Shown here: piece by piece, positions 1 to 10,149 of the stretch
Layout of the letters: every line of letters begins with the position of its first letter
Position numbering within the stretch: the stretch's first letter is position 1
The notes under the pieces: model-generated
Told to the model about the DNA's origin: nothing
What the model saw: the letters and a program-made list of their open reading frames with translations, nothing else
Database searches by the model: none
From: an uncultured Chloroflexia bacterium
GTDB taxonomy: Bacteria > Chloroflexota > Anaerolineae > JAAYZQ01
Reading direction: 5' to 3'
Length of the DNA: 64,000 nucleotides
Assembly: GCA_963700285.1 (NCBI GenBank)
Contig: CAVOXA010000014.1
Span: forward strand, 864,001-928,000
Position numbers and translations under genes: made by a program

Positions 1-227
1 TGTGTTGGACAGTAGGCCGCACACAGCGCACAGCCGATGCACCGTTCCAGTCCTTTGTGCGGCCCGTCCTCATAGTACAGCAACTGATGCCGCCCGCGGA
101 AGCGAGGATAGAGCTTTACCGGTTCCTTGGGATACTGGACGGTAACGGGCTTGGAGAAGAAATACCTGAGGGTCAAGCCCATGGCCCTGAGAATATTCCA
201 GAATCCGACGATTGAGTCTTTGAGCAT
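1..227 (-). CDS. nuoI: NADH-quinone oxidoreductase subunit I (5' part, runs off window edge)
   Basis: Manual translation from ATG at 227: MLKDSIVGFWNILRAMGLTLRYFFSKPVTVQYPKEPVKLYPRFRGRHQL...ERCIGCALCAAYCP. It has the TVQYP, RFRGRH and CxxCxxCxxxCP motifs and lies directly after nuoH. Confidence 0.93.
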   Translation of the reverse strand, partial: MLKDSIVGFWNILRAMGLTLRYFFSKPVTVQYPKEPVKLYPRFRGRHQLLYYEDGPHKGLERCIGCALCAAYCPT

Positions 228-316
228 GCGCTAACTTGCCTGCTTTCTGGCCGGACTGGCCAGCATGCCAGATCGAGTTGCTGATCGACGCCAAAGATCG
301 GGCAACGAACTCCTCG

Positions 317-1324
317 TCACACGAGTGCCACCACAATAGCCGTCACGGTCAGATTGACCAATGCCAGCGGTACAAAAAACTTCCAGCAGAAGCGCATGAA
401 CTTGTCGTACCGGACGCGGGGCACACTGGCCCGAATCCATACAAACAGGAACAGGACAAGAACTACCTTGATCAGAAACAGTCCCACACCTAGCAGCGGG
501 TGCAGATCCGAAATGAGTGCCGGCCATTTCCATCCCCCCAAAAAGACCGTGGCGACGATGGCGCTGTTGACCACCATGACAGTGTATTCGGCAATGAAGT
601 AAAGAGCGAACTTGATACCGCCATACTCGGTCATAAAGCCCGACACCAGCTCATTTTCGGTCTCGGGCAGGTCAAAAGGCGAGCGGTTGCTCTCCGCAAG
701 TATTGCGATAAAGAAGAGCAAGAATCCAACCGGCTGCAGAAGGATGAGCGGCCAGGATCCCTGGTATACCACAATCTCCTGAAGGTTCAGGCTGCCGACA
801 ATGAGCACCACGGCCACCAGTGCGAGGGCCATCGGCAATTCGTAGCTGATCATTTGCGCCGCTGCCCTCAGCGCGCCCAATAGAGAATACTTGTTGTTCG
901 AAGACCAGCCTCCCAATATGATGCCATAGCCTCCCAACCCGGCAATTGCCAGCAGGAACAGCAGGCCCACGTCAGACTCGCCGATTAACAGGCCCACCGA
1001 CCGTCCAAATAGATCCACAGATGGGCCAAAGGGAATCACCGCAAAGGTAATCAGCACCGCTGCAAAGGAGATACCCGGCGCCATTACATAGATTACCTTG
1101 TCCACGTGGTTCGGGACGATCTCTTCCTTAAAGATCGCTTTCACCGCATCGGCCAGTGGCTGGAACAAACCAAATGGGCCGGCTATGTTGGGGCCATAGC
1201 GGACCTGAAACCGGGCACAGATCTTGCGCTCGCCCCAGGTCATGTATGCCCCCCCGGCCAGCAGCGCGAGCACCACGACAATGGCCTTGATGAGCGGAAT
1301 CCAAAAAACGTCTACCCAGTCCAT
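317..1324 (-). CDS. nuoH: NADH-quinone oxidoreductase subunit H
   Basis: ERK..A..Q.R.GPN, GPFGLFQPLADAVK, AAQMISYE, RSPFDLPETENELVSG and PRVRYD motifs with multiple TM helices. Start placed at ATG 1324 (MDWVDV). Confidence 0.96.
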   Translation of the reverse strand: MDWVDVFWIPLIKAIVVVLALLAGGAYMTWGERKICARFQVRYGPNIAGPFGLFQPLADAVKAIFKEEIVPNHVDKVIYVMAPGISFAAVLITFAVIPFGPSVDLFGRSVGLLIGESDVGLLFLLAIAGLGGYGIILGGWSSNNKYSLLGALRAAAQMISYELPMALALVAVVLIVGSLNLQEIVVYQGSWPLILLQPVGFLLFFIAILAESNRSPFDLPETENELVSGFMTEYGGIKFALYFIAEYTVMVVNSAIVATVFLGGWKWPALISDLHPLLGVGLFLIKVVLVLFLFVWIRASVPRVRYDKFMRFCWKFFVPLALVNLTVTAIVVALV

Positions 1325-1377
1325 GACGTACTCCGTACCAATGACCAATCAGATGACCGATGGCGAGTGACCAAGAT

Positions 1378-3969
1378 TCATTCCTTGGTGATCCGCACCT
1401 GCACAGGCGTCCCATCACTCACACCCAGCATGCTTGGAGGCGCATCGCTCAAGTTGAGCGGCGCAAAAGCTGTCCCAGGTACAACCTCGTCGCTGACCCT
1501 CAGGCTGAGGCACAGTTCTCCCAACGCTGAGGCGACCAACACATCGTCGCCGTCCACCAGGTGCAGATTCTCTGCATCGGCAGGATGGATCATCACAATG
1601 GCGCCTGGAACCAGCTTCTGGAGCCGCTCGGAACAGCGCAGCAGCACCCCTCGATCGTACAACAGATGCCCTGTCACCAGGCTAAGCGGATAGCCGGCGT
1701 CCCAGGACAAGGGGGCCGGGTCGACGTGGAGAAAGCTTTTCCGCACTGCCCTTGGGGGCTGAGGGCGCTGCCTGCCTCCTGAGCCCATGGCCTCATAGTC
1801 CAACCCCCGATAGTGGGCAAGACTGTTACCCAGGATCTTGGAAATCTCGTCCAGTACGCTGGCTGGCCCCGAGAACTCCCAGGCAATCCGTTGTTTCGCG
1901 CTGACCATCCGCCGTGCCAACTCGACAACAACCCACCAGTCCGGGCGTGCCCCCGCCGGTGGGCGCTTTGCGGCTCGCGCCGCCTGCCAGCGGCCTGTCA
2001 GATTGGTATAAGAGCCGTCGGTCTCGGCAAAACTGGCAGCAGGAAAGACAACGTCGGCAAGGGCAGCGGTCTCGGTCATAAAGAGGTCCTGGACCACCAG
2101 GAAAGGGATCCTGCGCAGCACTTTACCAGCAGAGCGGAAGTGACGGACCGGATCTGAGCCCATGACCCACATGGCCTTGAGACGATCCTCTTGACCCGCG
2201 GCCACCATGCCCTCAAAGTCGAGGCCAGCGACAGACGATAGCTTGCCCCCCCATAAGCTCGTCAGACGGCCGCGTGCCTTGCTGTCGCTGAGCACTTGGC
2301 CCCCAGGCAAAAGATGGGGCAGCACACCCATCTCTAGCGCACCCAGTGTATTGTTATCTTGGGCCACAAACCCAGCCTCCACGCCACCAAGCAGGAGGAC
2401 CAAGTTCTCCAACGCCGAGAGATTGGCAGCGGCTGTCGCCCCTCCCACCCAGTCTGGTCCATAGAGAATAGCCGGTTTCTGCGCTCGAGCCAGGGTCTCC
2501 GTGGCCCGCCGGAGCGTCCCGGCAGGAACCCCACATGCACGCTCTACCTGTTCCGGGCCATAGGGCTCCAGCCACGCTCGCAACTCCTCCAGGTTGGCGA
2601 CACGGGTGGCTGCCGGCTTTTGCAGAGCTTCGACGCCGCCTTCTGGCCCAGTGTCGAGGAGAGCGCGCGCCAGCCCATTCATCAGCGCCACCTCGCTCCC
2701 AGGACGATAGCCCAACCAGGGCCCATCGTAACGGCACAATTCTGTACGCCGGGGGTAAGCCATCACCACGGTGGCTCCGTGGCGCAGCACAGCTTTCTTG
2801 ATCCAAAGCTCGACCAGCGGCGCCTCAGTACTTGGGTCGAAGCCCAGCAGCAGGATCACGTCCTTGTACTCAAGATCTGGTAGCGAACTGAGTGACGTCA
2901 AACCAGCCGGCCCGCGTCCCAGGTGGTCAATGTTGTTGGTTCCAACAACGGTCCGCATGAAACGCTGGAAGAGATAGTTCGCCTCGTTGGTAGTGTGGGT
3001 GGAGCCCAGGCCGGCGACCGACTGCGGGCCATGGTCCTGAACCGCCCTACCCAGGCCTTCAGCAACGAGCGCCAGTGCCTCCTCCCACGTAGCCGGCTGT
3101 AGAACACCGTCCTGGCGGATCAGTGGTGCTTTGAGCCGGTCGATGTGATCCACATATGCATGGCCAAATCGCCCCTTGTCACAGATCCAGGCGTCGTTCA
3201 CATCCATATTCTCGCGAGGAGTAATACGCCGCAGCTTCTGGTTCTTGACCCCCAGCAGGATGTTGCAGCCCACCGCACACAGGGTACAGATACTGGGTGT
3301 CTCTGCCAGCTCCCACACCCGTGCCTCGAAACGAAAAGCGCGACTGGTGAGCGCCCCCACCGGACAGATGTCGATGGTGTTTCCCTGCCACTTGCTCGTC
3401 AGAGGGTGCCCTGGGAAAGTGTCAATGCGGGTGTCAGCTCCCCGGCCAAAGAGATCCAATTCATGGTCGTCAGCCCACTCGTCCAGGTACCGGATGCAGC
3501 GCCAACAGAGAACGCAGCGCTCCTGGTCCAGCACGATCAGTTCACTCAATGGGTAGCGCTTATTCTTGAGACGCTTTGCTTCACTGTAGCGGCTCTCGCC
3601 CGGCCCATCCAGCATGGCTTGGTTCTGTAGAGGACACTCCCCACCTTTGTCACACACCGGACAATCGAGAGGGTGGTTGGTAAGCAGGAATTCGATATTG
3701 GCCTTGCGGGCCTTTACAGCGGCGGGCGAGGTGTGAACTTTGACGACCATGCCATCCCGGACGGGCGTTGAGCAGGAGGTCTGGAGCCCTAGCATCCCCT
3801 CGATTTCGACGAGACACATGCGGCAGGCGCCCACCGGGACCAGCTTCTCGTGGTGGCAAAAGGTAGGGACATGGATGCCAGCTGCTGTAGCTGCCTCATA
3901 GATGGTGCTGCCAGCAGGACAGCCTATCTCCTGCCCGTCTATTGTGATCCCTATCACAGGCTCCGACAT
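1378..3969 (-). CDS. nuoG: NADH-quinone oxidoreductase subunit G
   Basis: Fe-S motifs GACRMC, HPLDCPVCDKGGEC, CVLCWRC..CP and CTLCAVGC..C, followed by a molybdopterin-oxidoreductase-like C-terminal region. Start ATG 3969 (MSEPVIG). Confidence 0.93.
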   Translation of the reverse strand: MSEPVIGITIDGQEIGCPAGSTIYEAATAAGIHVPTFCHHEKLVPVGACRMCLVEIEGMLGLQTSCSTPVRDGMVVKVHTSPAAVKARKANIEFLLTNHPLDCPVCDKGGECPLQNQAMLDGPGESRYSEAKRLKNKRYPLSELIVLDQERCVLCWRCIRYLDEWADDHELDLFGRGADTRIDTFPGHPLTSKWQGNTIDICPVGALTSRAFRFEARVWELAETPSICTLCAVGCNILLGVKNQKLRRITPRENMDVNDAWICDKGRFGHAYVDHIDRLKAPLIRQDGVLQPATWEEALALVAEGLGRAVQDHGPQSVAGLGSTHTTNEANYLFQRFMRTVVGTNNIDHLGRGPAGLTSLSSLPDLEYKDVILLLGFDPSTEAPLVELWIKKAVLRHGATVVMAYPRRTELCRYDGPWLGYRPGSEVALMNGLARALLDTGPEGGVEALQKPAATRVANLEELRAWLEPYGPEQVERACGVPAGTLRRATETLARAQKPAILYGPDWVGGATAAANLSALENLVLLLGGVEAGFVAQDNNTLGALEMGVLPHLLPGGQVLSDSKARGRLTSLWGGKLSSVAGLDFEGMVAAGQEDRLKAMWVMGSDPVRHFRSAGKVLRRIPFLVVQDLFMTETAALADVVFPAASFAETDGSYTNLTGRWQAARAAKRPPAGARPDWWVVVELARRMVSAKQRIAWEFSGPASVLDEISKILGNSLAHYRGLDYEAMGSGGRQRPQPPRAVRKSFLHVDPAPLSWDAGYPLSLVTGHLLYDRGVLLRCSERLQKLVPGAIVMIHPADAENLHLVDGDDVLVASALGELCLSLRVSDEVVPGTAFAPLNLSDAPPSMLGVSDGTPVQVRITKE

Positions 3970-3995
3970 GCACTCAAATCCTTGGAAATCCAGGC

Positions 3996-5273
3996 CTAAT
4001 TGGCCCCGGCCATGCACCGCTTCTCCTGGATATGGAACTCGTACTCTTCGCGGAAGCGCTGGATGCTGCTCTGGACCGGCCCCACGGCCGCATCGCCCAG
4101 TGGGCAAAAGCTTTTGCCAGCAATGTTGTCGCAGATGTCCAGAAGCAGGTCCAGATCACTGGCTCGTCCGTGGCCCTGCTCGATGCGCTGTAGGATCTTG
4201 AACATCCAATCTGTACCTTCGCGACAGGGAATGCATTTGCCGCACGATTCGTGACAGTAGAAAGCCGCCAGGCGTTCCGTGAGGCGCACGATACACGTTT
4301 GCTGGTTGATGACCACCACCCCACCCGAACCCAGCATGGAACCCGCTTCAAAGATCGATTCATAGTCCAAGTTGGTTGACAGAGCCACATCGGCAAGCAT
4401 CATCGGAGTGGAGGACCCACCGGGAATGATTGCCTTGAGCGGGATCCCATCCTTTGGACCACCACAGACATCGGAGATAAGCTCACGCATGGGTGTGGCC
4501 AGAGGCAACTCGTAGGTACCGGGACGCTCGACGTGACCCGAGACACAGAAGAGCTTGGTGCCTGGACTGCGCTCGGTCCCCCATTGCCGGTACCAGTCGG
4601 CCCCATTGGCGACGATAAAAGGGACGTTGAATAGCGTCTCAACATTGTTGATGACTGTGGGCTTGCGGTAGAGTCCCTCCACGGCTGGAAAGGGCGGCTT
4701 GAGCTTGGGATGACCCCGTCTCCCTTCCAGAGAGGACAGAAGCGATGTTTCCTCGCCACAGATATAGGCGCCAGCACCGCGCAGGATGCTCACCTCCAGG
4801 TTGTAGCCACTGCCCAGGATGTCCTGGCCCAGATAGCCCCGCTCATATGCCTGATCAATGGCGCCCTGAAGCCGGTTGTAGCCAAGGTCGTACTCTCCAC
4901 GGATGTAGATGAAGGCATGCTCCACCTCACAGGCATAGCCAGAGATGACAACCCCCTCAATCACGCCGTGGGGATCGTGCTCCATGAGCACCCGGTCTTT
5001 GAAGGTGCCTGGCTCGCCCTCATCGGCATTGCATACCAGATAGCGAGGATACAGGTCGCCAGGCAAGAACATCCACTTGCGGCCTGTTGGAAAACCTGCA
5101 CCGCCCCGGCCGCGCAGGCCAGAGTCAAAGACCAACCGAACAATGTCCCGGGGCTGATACTCGGTCAGGGCCCTGTTAAGAGCCTGGTATCCACCCCGTC
5201 CCAAATAGGTTTCGATGTCGTGAGAATCGGGAACTCCCACGTTGTGCATTAGCACGTTGAGCTGCACACTCAC
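3996..5273 (-). CDS. nuoF: NADH-quinone oxidoreductase subunit F
   Basis: GLRGRGGAGFPTG, NADEGEPGTFKDR, GAGAYICGEET and ESCGKCIPCREG motifs. Confidence 0.97.
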   Translation of the reverse strand: MSVQLNVLMHNVGVPDSHDIETYLGRGGYQALNRALTEYQPRDIVRLVFDSGLRGRGGAGFPTGRKWMFLPGDLYPRYLVCNADEGEPGTFKDRVLMEHDPHGVIEGVVISGYACEVEHAFIYIRGEYDLGYNRLQGAIDQAYERGYLGQDILGSGYNLEVSILRGAGAYICGEETSLLSSLEGRRGHPKLKPPFPAVEGLYRKPTVINNVETLFNVPFIVANGADWYRQWGTERSPGTKLFCVSGHVERPGTYELPLATPMRELISDVCGGPKDGIPLKAIIPGGSSTPMMLADVALSTNLDYESIFEAGSMLGSGGVVVINQQTCIVRLTERLAAFYCHESCGKCIPCREGTDWMFKILQRIEQGHGRASDLDLLLDICDNIAGKSFCPLGDAAVGPVQSSIQRFREEYEFHIQEKRCMAGAN

Positions 5274-5317
5274 TCCAGGTCTTTGATCATTGTTGAGCTT
5301 TGGCTATAGCACACGAG

Positions 5318-5854
5318 CTACTCGCCGTACATGCCCGACCAGCCCCAGGTTCCCTGGTTGCTGATGCTAAAGAACTCGTCCTCCAAGATGCGCTGGTGCA
5401 TCAGTTCTTCGTTGGCCAGCTTGCGGAACATGTCCTGGCCAACAGAATCCGATGTCCCCTCGAACAGCGCGCGGTAGCGTTCTCCGGCCTGCTTCTCGTT
5501 CGCAATCGCCTTGCTGAGGATACTTGCCACGTCCCCGAGATCTCCCACACGCGTCCCCGCTGCCTCACCACTCGGGCCAAGAAGTTCAGGCTGCCGCAGA
5601 GCACCACCAGAGGGCTGAAAGTCCGTTACTGTCCGAGTTTCGTACTCGATAAACGGCCCACCGAGTTGCAGGGACTCGACCAACTCGGCCAGTTTCTCAT
5701 AGTGGTGCTGTTCAAAAACAGCCAGCCGGCCAAGCAGATCTCGGCCCTGTGGATGCTGAACCTCAACCGCGGCCTGGGCATAGAAAGCAGCGGCCTTGAG
5801 TTCGGCATCCATGGCGATATTCAATGCTTCTTCCAGTCCCAAGTCTTGAGTCAC
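5318..5854 (-). CDS. Ferritin-like / rubrerythrin-type diiron protein without a rubredoxin domain
   Basis: Two E...ExxH repeats (AELKAAAFY...FEQHH; NEKQAGERY...EELMH). A GGAG-type SD precedes the start, and the gene sits between nuoE and nuoF. Confidence 0.85.
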   Translation of the reverse strand: MTQDLGLEEALNIAMDAELKAAAFYAQAAVEVQHPQGRDLLGRLAVFEQHHYEKLAELVESLQLGGPFIEYETRTVTDFQPSGGALRQPELLGPSGEAAGTRVGDLGDVASILSKAIANEKQAGERYRALFEGTSDSVGQDMFRKLANEELMHQRILEDEFFSISNQGTWGWSGMYGE

Positions 5855-5867
5855 CTCATCATCTCCT

Positions 5868-6335
5868 TCAGGCCAAACTGCTCAGGATCTGATCTACGCT
5901 ATCCTCGGTGAGGTTCTCGCAATAGCGATCGTCTACCTGCATCATTGGCGCCGTACCGCAAGAGCCGAGGCATTCAACCTCCAGCAAAGTAAACTTGCCG
6001 TCGGCGGTGGTCTCACCTGGCTTAATCCCCAGCTTGCGGCCAAGGGTTTCCAGCAGATGCTCAGCACCCAACAGCGAGCATGAGACGTTGGTACAGACCT
6101 GGATCACGTGCTCGCCAACGGGCCTGCGGTTGAACATGGTATAGAAACTGGCCGTCGCAGCGACAAAGGCCAACGGAAGCCCCATCACAACCGACAGCTC
6201 TTCATAAGCCTGGTCCGGCAGCCATCCGCCATAGTCTTTCTGAGCCAGGTACAGCGCCGGCAGCAAGGCCGACCCTGGATCCGGATATTCTTCTCGCAAT
6301 CCCTGTATCCTGCTTTTCGATTCTTCCGAGAGCAC
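5868..6335 (-). CDS. nuoE: NADH-quinone oxidoreductase subunit E
   Basis: SALLPAL, ASFYTMF, CTNVSC and ECLGSCGTAP 2Fe-2S motifs. Confidence 0.96.
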   Translation of the reverse strand: MLSEESKSRIQGLREEYPDPGSALLPALYLAQKDYGGWLPDQAYEELSVVMGLPLAFVAATASFYTMFNRRPVGEHVIQVCTNVSCSLLGAEHLLETLGRKLGIKPGETTADGKFTLLEVECLGSCGTAPMMQVDDRYCENLTEDSVDQILSSLA

Positions 6336-6372
6336 GCCCCGTCAGGCTCCTTTACAACTGCCAATAAGGCAA

Positions 6373-8157
6373 CTATCTATCTACTTCACCAAGCGTTATG
6401 TCAATACTACCGATCATCGCTACTACGTCCGAAAACATGCTACCTGGCGCCATATAACGCAGGGCCGAGATGTTGGAGAAGGACGGCCCGCGGATCTTGC
6501 AGCGATAGGGCCGGGGCCCCCCGTCTGACACGAGGTAAAAGCCCAATTCGCCCTTGGGGTTTTCCACGCTGGCATAGACCTCGCCCACAGGCGGAGAAAA
6601 TCCTTCGGTGACCAGTTTGAAGTGATGGATCACCGCTTCCATGCTGCTATCCAACTCTGCTCGCGGCGGCAACGATATCTTGCGATCCGGGTCCTTGACA
6701 GGGCCCGGGCCCATCTTGGCCAGCTTGTCCAATCCCTGGCGGATGATGCGTATGCACTGCTGCATTTCGGCCATGCGAACCTTAAAGCGGGCATGGGCAT
6801 CGCCATGAAGCTGCGTCGGGACGTCGAAATCGTATTCCTCGTATCCGCAATAGGGTGCAGCCCTACGAACGTCGTAGGCCACACCACAGCCTCGCAGCAT
6901 CGGACCGGTACATCCCAGGCCAATGGCTTGCTCAGCGGTGATCACGGCCACTCCTTCCAGGCGCGAGCGGTAGATCGGATTATCCGCCAACATGACCTTG
7001 TACTCGCCCAATCGCTTGTCGAACCAGTCCACAAACTCGCGTACTACTCGGGGGAAAGCTGGGGGCACATCCCAGCGCAGCCCGCCCGTGGTGAAATAGT
7101 TGGTCGTGATCCTCGCCCCACACACCATTTCAAAGATGTCCAGAATCATCTCTCGTTCGCGCAAGGCGTACTCGAGCAATGCGTGAATGGTTCCGGAAAG
7201 GTCAAGGGTCTGGGTCCCCATCCAAATGAGGTGTGCGGCAAGGCGCTGCAGTTCAAGAAGAATGACCCGGATGACATCAGCGCGGGGCGGGACCTGGGCA
7301 GCCAGGAGCTTTTCAACGGCCAGGATATAGGCCAGATCGTTGGACATGCCAGCCACATAGTCCATGCGACTAGGGTAGCTGGCAAACTGCTGGTAAGTCC
7401 GGTTCTCCGCCGTCTTTTCAAACCCGGAATGTAAATGACCAATATCTGGCGCGGCGTGAACAATCCGCTCACCGTCCAGCTCTACCACGACACGCAGAAC
7501 ACCGTGGGTAGCCGGGTGCTGGGGGCCCATGTTGATGATAAAAGTGTCATCCCCCCCACTGAACCAGGGCGGCACATCTGATGCCTTGCTGGGCGCATCC
7601 ATGGTCTGGGTGCCGAGACCAGCCAGGGCTGGGTCATCGGGATTCACTGTGAACTGCACCGGTTCGTCGCCCAGGGCATAGTCCTTACGCAAAGGGTGTC
7701 CAACCCAATCAGAGGGCAGCAGAATACGGCGCAATTCGGGGTGGCCCCGAAATTGGACGCCGAACAGGTCAAAGGCTTCTCGCTCGTGCCAGTCTGCTGC
7801 TGGCCAGACAGAGGCCACGCTATCTACAGTGGGCGCATGCCCAGGGAGCGGGACGTGAAGCCGGAGCCGGCGCTGGTAAGCCAGCGAGTAGAGTTGATAC
7901 ACGGCCACAAAGCGCGATGACCAACCCCCGCTTGCGTCACCGCCAAGGGGAAGATCAGCCTGTAGCTGGTCCACGATACTGACAAAGACACACAAGTCAT
8001 AGGCCAACGAGGGGTGGTCACGCAGGAACTGGCAGACAGGCAGGATGTCCGCAGGGCGAAGGACAATGGTCGTTTCGCCACGGAACTCGCCGAGATCCAG
8101 GATTGCCTGCGGGAACTGTTCCCCAAGGCCAGGAGCGACTTGTTCGACTCCGCTCAT
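6373..8157 (-). CDS. nuoCD: Fused NADH-quinone oxidoreductase subunit C/D
   Basis: NuoC part (EREAFDLFG.F.GHP.LRRIL, GHPLRKDY) in frame with NuoD part (NMGPQHPATHGVLR, ENPKGELG, C-terminal GEVDR). Start ATG 8157. Confidence 0.95.
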   Translation of the reverse strand: MSGVEQVAPGLGEQFPQAILDLGEFRGETTIVLRPADILPVCQFLRDHPSLAYDLCVFVSIVDQLQADLPLGGDASGGWSSRFVAVYQLYSLAYQRRLRLHVPLPGHAPTVDSVASVWPAADWHEREAFDLFGVQFRGHPELRRILLPSDWVGHPLRKDYALGDEPVQFTVNPDDPALAGLGTQTMDAPSKASDVPPWFSGGDDTFIINMGPQHPATHGVLRVVVELDGERIVHAAPDIGHLHSGFEKTAENRTYQQFASYPSRMDYVAGMSNDLAYILAVEKLLAAQVPPRADVIRVILLELQRLAAHLIWMGTQTLDLSGTIHALLEYALREREMILDIFEMVCGARITTNYFTTGGLRWDVPPAFPRVVREFVDWFDKRLGEYKVMLADNPIYRSRLEGVAVITAEQAIGLGCTGPMLRGCGVAYDVRRAAPYCGYEEYDFDVPTQLHGDAHARFKVRMAEMQQCIRIIRQGLDKLAKMGPGPVKDPDRKISLPPRAELDSSMEAVIHHFKLVTEGFSPPVGEVYASVENPKGELGFYLVSDGGPRPYRCKIRGPSFSNISALRYMAPGSMFSDVVAMIGSIDITLGEVDR

Positions 8158-8203
8158 CTCACATCCCTGCACGATTGGCAATTGCTTGCTGGCAAGCCAC
8201 TAG

Positions 8204-8686
8204 TCAGCGATAGTCCTCGAACTTTTCTTGCTGGATCTTTTCGTACAGCTGCATGATACCATACAACAGCGCCTCAGGTCGGGGCGGACAGCCAGGGACA
8301 TACACGTCTACCGGAATCAGCTTGTCTACTCCCTGGACGATGGCATAGTTCTCAAAGGGGCCGCCACTGGAAGCACAGGCTCCCATGGCAATGACCCACT
8401 TGGGCTCAGGCATCTGTTGGTACAGCCGCTTGACAACGGGAGCCATCTTTTGTGAGACTCGGCCGGAGATGATCATCACGTCTGATTGCCTGGGAGTGCC
8501 GCGAAATACCTCGGCGCCAAATCGAGCTACGTCATGACGAGGGCCACCTGCGGCCATCATTTCAATGGCGCAGCAGGCAAGGCCAAAAAGAAAGGGAAAC
8601 GGTGACCGGCCCCGGCCCCAGTCCACGAGCCTCTCGAGGGTCGTGGTTACGAACGCGCCTTCCGGTAGGGCGTTTTCTAGTCCCAC
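8204..8686 (-). CDS. nuoB: NADH-quinone oxidoreductase subunit B
   Basis: [19 protein letters not shown] and [15 protein letters not shown] motifs. GTG start at 8686 overlaps the end of nuoA. Confidence 0.96.
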   Translation of the reverse strand: MGLENALPEGAFVTTTLERLVDWGRGRSPFPFLFGLACCAIEMMAAGGPRHDVARFGAEVFRGTPRQSDVMIISGRVSQKMAPVVKRLYQQMPEPKWVIAMGACASSGGPFENYAIVQGVDKLIPVDVYVPGCPPRPEALLYGIMQLYEKIQQEKFEDYR

Positions 8687-9039
8687 TCTAGCCCTCCCTT
8701 CTTCCAAACGTAGACGAGTCCCAGCAGCAGGATCGATACAAAAAAACCGACTTCCAGCAGGCCAACCAGTTTCGGTGACAGGTCCCGAAAAACCGTTGCC
8801 CAAGGAAAGAGAAAGAGGATCTCGATGTCAAACAGGATGAATAGGACAGCGTAGAGAAAGTACTGGATGGGAAAGCGCCCACGCGCCGGCCCGATCGGCA
8901 GTTTTCCCGACTCGTAAGGAGCCAGTTTGACATCGTCGGGGCGCTTTGGGCCGAACAAAGCTGGTGCAAGAACAGCAATGGCTGATAGAACCACTGCTAC
9001 CACTGCGAAAATCAGGATCGGCAAGTAGTCACCAGACAT
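8677..9039 (-). CDS. nuoA: NADH-quinone oxidoreductase subunit A
   Basis: [19 protein letters not shown] and KKGGLEW motifs. ATG 9039 follows a GAGGAG SD. Confidence 0.96.
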   Translation of the reverse strand: MSGDYLPILIFAVVAVVLSAIAVLAPALFGPKRPDDVKLAPYESGKLPIGPARGRFPIQYFLYAVLFILFDIEILFLFPWATVFRDLSPKLVGLLEVGFFVSILLLGLVYVWKKGGLEWD

Positions 9040-9130
9040 CCAACTGAACTCCTCGCTTTGGGCGATGAAATAGCGTATCCCGGTCCTCGCATCTGCGGCA
9101 ACAAAGCCGGTCTCTGAACACCGATTGTAG

Positions 9131-9159
9131 AGTTTAGCACAATCCACCGGGTTTGTCAA
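9131..9159 (-). promoter_or_regulatory. Sigma70-type promoter of the nuo operon
   Basis: Minus strand TTGACA-17 bp-TAAACT with an extended TG. Confidence 0.7.
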
Positions 9160-9275
9160 AACCTGTGAGACGTGGCATAGTACATCTGCGTTCTACGTAC
9201 CGGCAACGCTCACTTTCCCATCGAACTCTTTCCTGCTATAATGCTGCACGAATAGTAGGGGAGAGACCCTTCGAA

Positions 9276-10139
9276 ATGACCAGCACGAACCTGACCCTGG
9301 ACAATCTGCAGACATCGCGGGCGGTACGCTACCGCCAGCGCCCTGACCTGCGAGTGAACACCGAGAAAGAGGCGCTTGCTTTTCTAAACGACGTCGGCCT
9401 GTGCTCACTTTTTTCGGCCAAGGGGATCGAATTGCCATCACTGTGGGGAGCGCTCTGCGGCGAGGACCGGCCCCTTCCCCAGAACCATGATAACCGCGAG
9501 CTGGGGCTGGCCTGGCAGTGGAAGGATACGCTACCCATTGCCGGCCAGGTACTTTACGGCAAGTTTCTGCGCAAGAGACCGGTTTTTATCTCGCTCGATC
9601 TGGCGCCGCATTTCTACGCCCTATCTCCCAACTATGGAGACCTGGCGGAAGACTATCTCCAGGATTATGTCGATGGCCGGCTTTCAGTTGAGTCCAAGCA
9701 GGTATACGAAATCCTGCTGAAACTGGGCGCACTGCCCACAAGCCGCCTTCGCCGGGAAGCCGGGCTGGCCGGCAAAACAAACGCCACGCGCTTTGACCGT
9801 GCCCTGGCCGAACTGCAGATGGATTTCCGTATCGTCAAAGTGGCAATCTCGGATGCCAACCGGTGGGGGTACTGTTATGTCTACGATCTACTGCCCCGCC
9901 GCTTCCCAGAGATCGTGCAAGCATCTCGGAGCATCCAGGGCAGGCAGGCGCGAGAGACAATCATGCTGAGGTACCTGCGGACGGTGATCGCCGCCACCCC
10001 ACAACAGGTCGGTAGAGTCCTGGGATGGACGAAACCCGACGTCGAGCGTCTCGTCGCTCGATTGGCCGGTGACAACAAGCTAGATGCCGGTATTCAGATC
10101 GAGGGCATGGCGGAACCGTACATGGTATCCAGACCTTGA
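9276..10139 (+). CDS. AlkZ/YcaQ-related winged-helix DNA-binding / DNA glycosylase-like protein
   Basis: W.WKD.LP..G...YGKF.R.RP.FIS and FD.AL.ELQ motifs recalled for AlkZ-related proteins. TGCTATAAT extended -10 at 9234-9242. Function uncertain. Confidence 0.6.
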   Translation: MTSTNLTLDNLQTSRAVRYRQRPDLRVNTEKEALAFLNDVGLCSLFSAKGIELPSLWGALCGEDRPLPQNHDNRELGLAWQWKDTLPIAGQVLYGKFLRKRPVFISLDLAPHFYALSPNYGDLAEDYLQDYVDGRLSVESKQVYEILLKLGALPTSRLRREAGLAGKTNATRFDRALAELQMDFRIVKVAISDANRWGYCYVYDLLPRRFPEIVQASRSIQGRQARETIMLRYLRTVIAATPQQVGRVLGWTKPDVERLVARLAGDNKLDAGIQIEGMAEPYMVSRP

Positions 10140-10149
10140 CCTCAGGTGC

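Noticed and set aside
1378-3969. NuoG as a formate dehydrogenase
   Set aside because: The molybdopterin-like fold is normal for NuoG, no catalytic Cys/Sec-His motif was seen, and it sits in canonical nuo order.
6373-8157. NuoC-NuoD fusion as a novelty
   Set aside because: Well-known arrangement in many bacteria.
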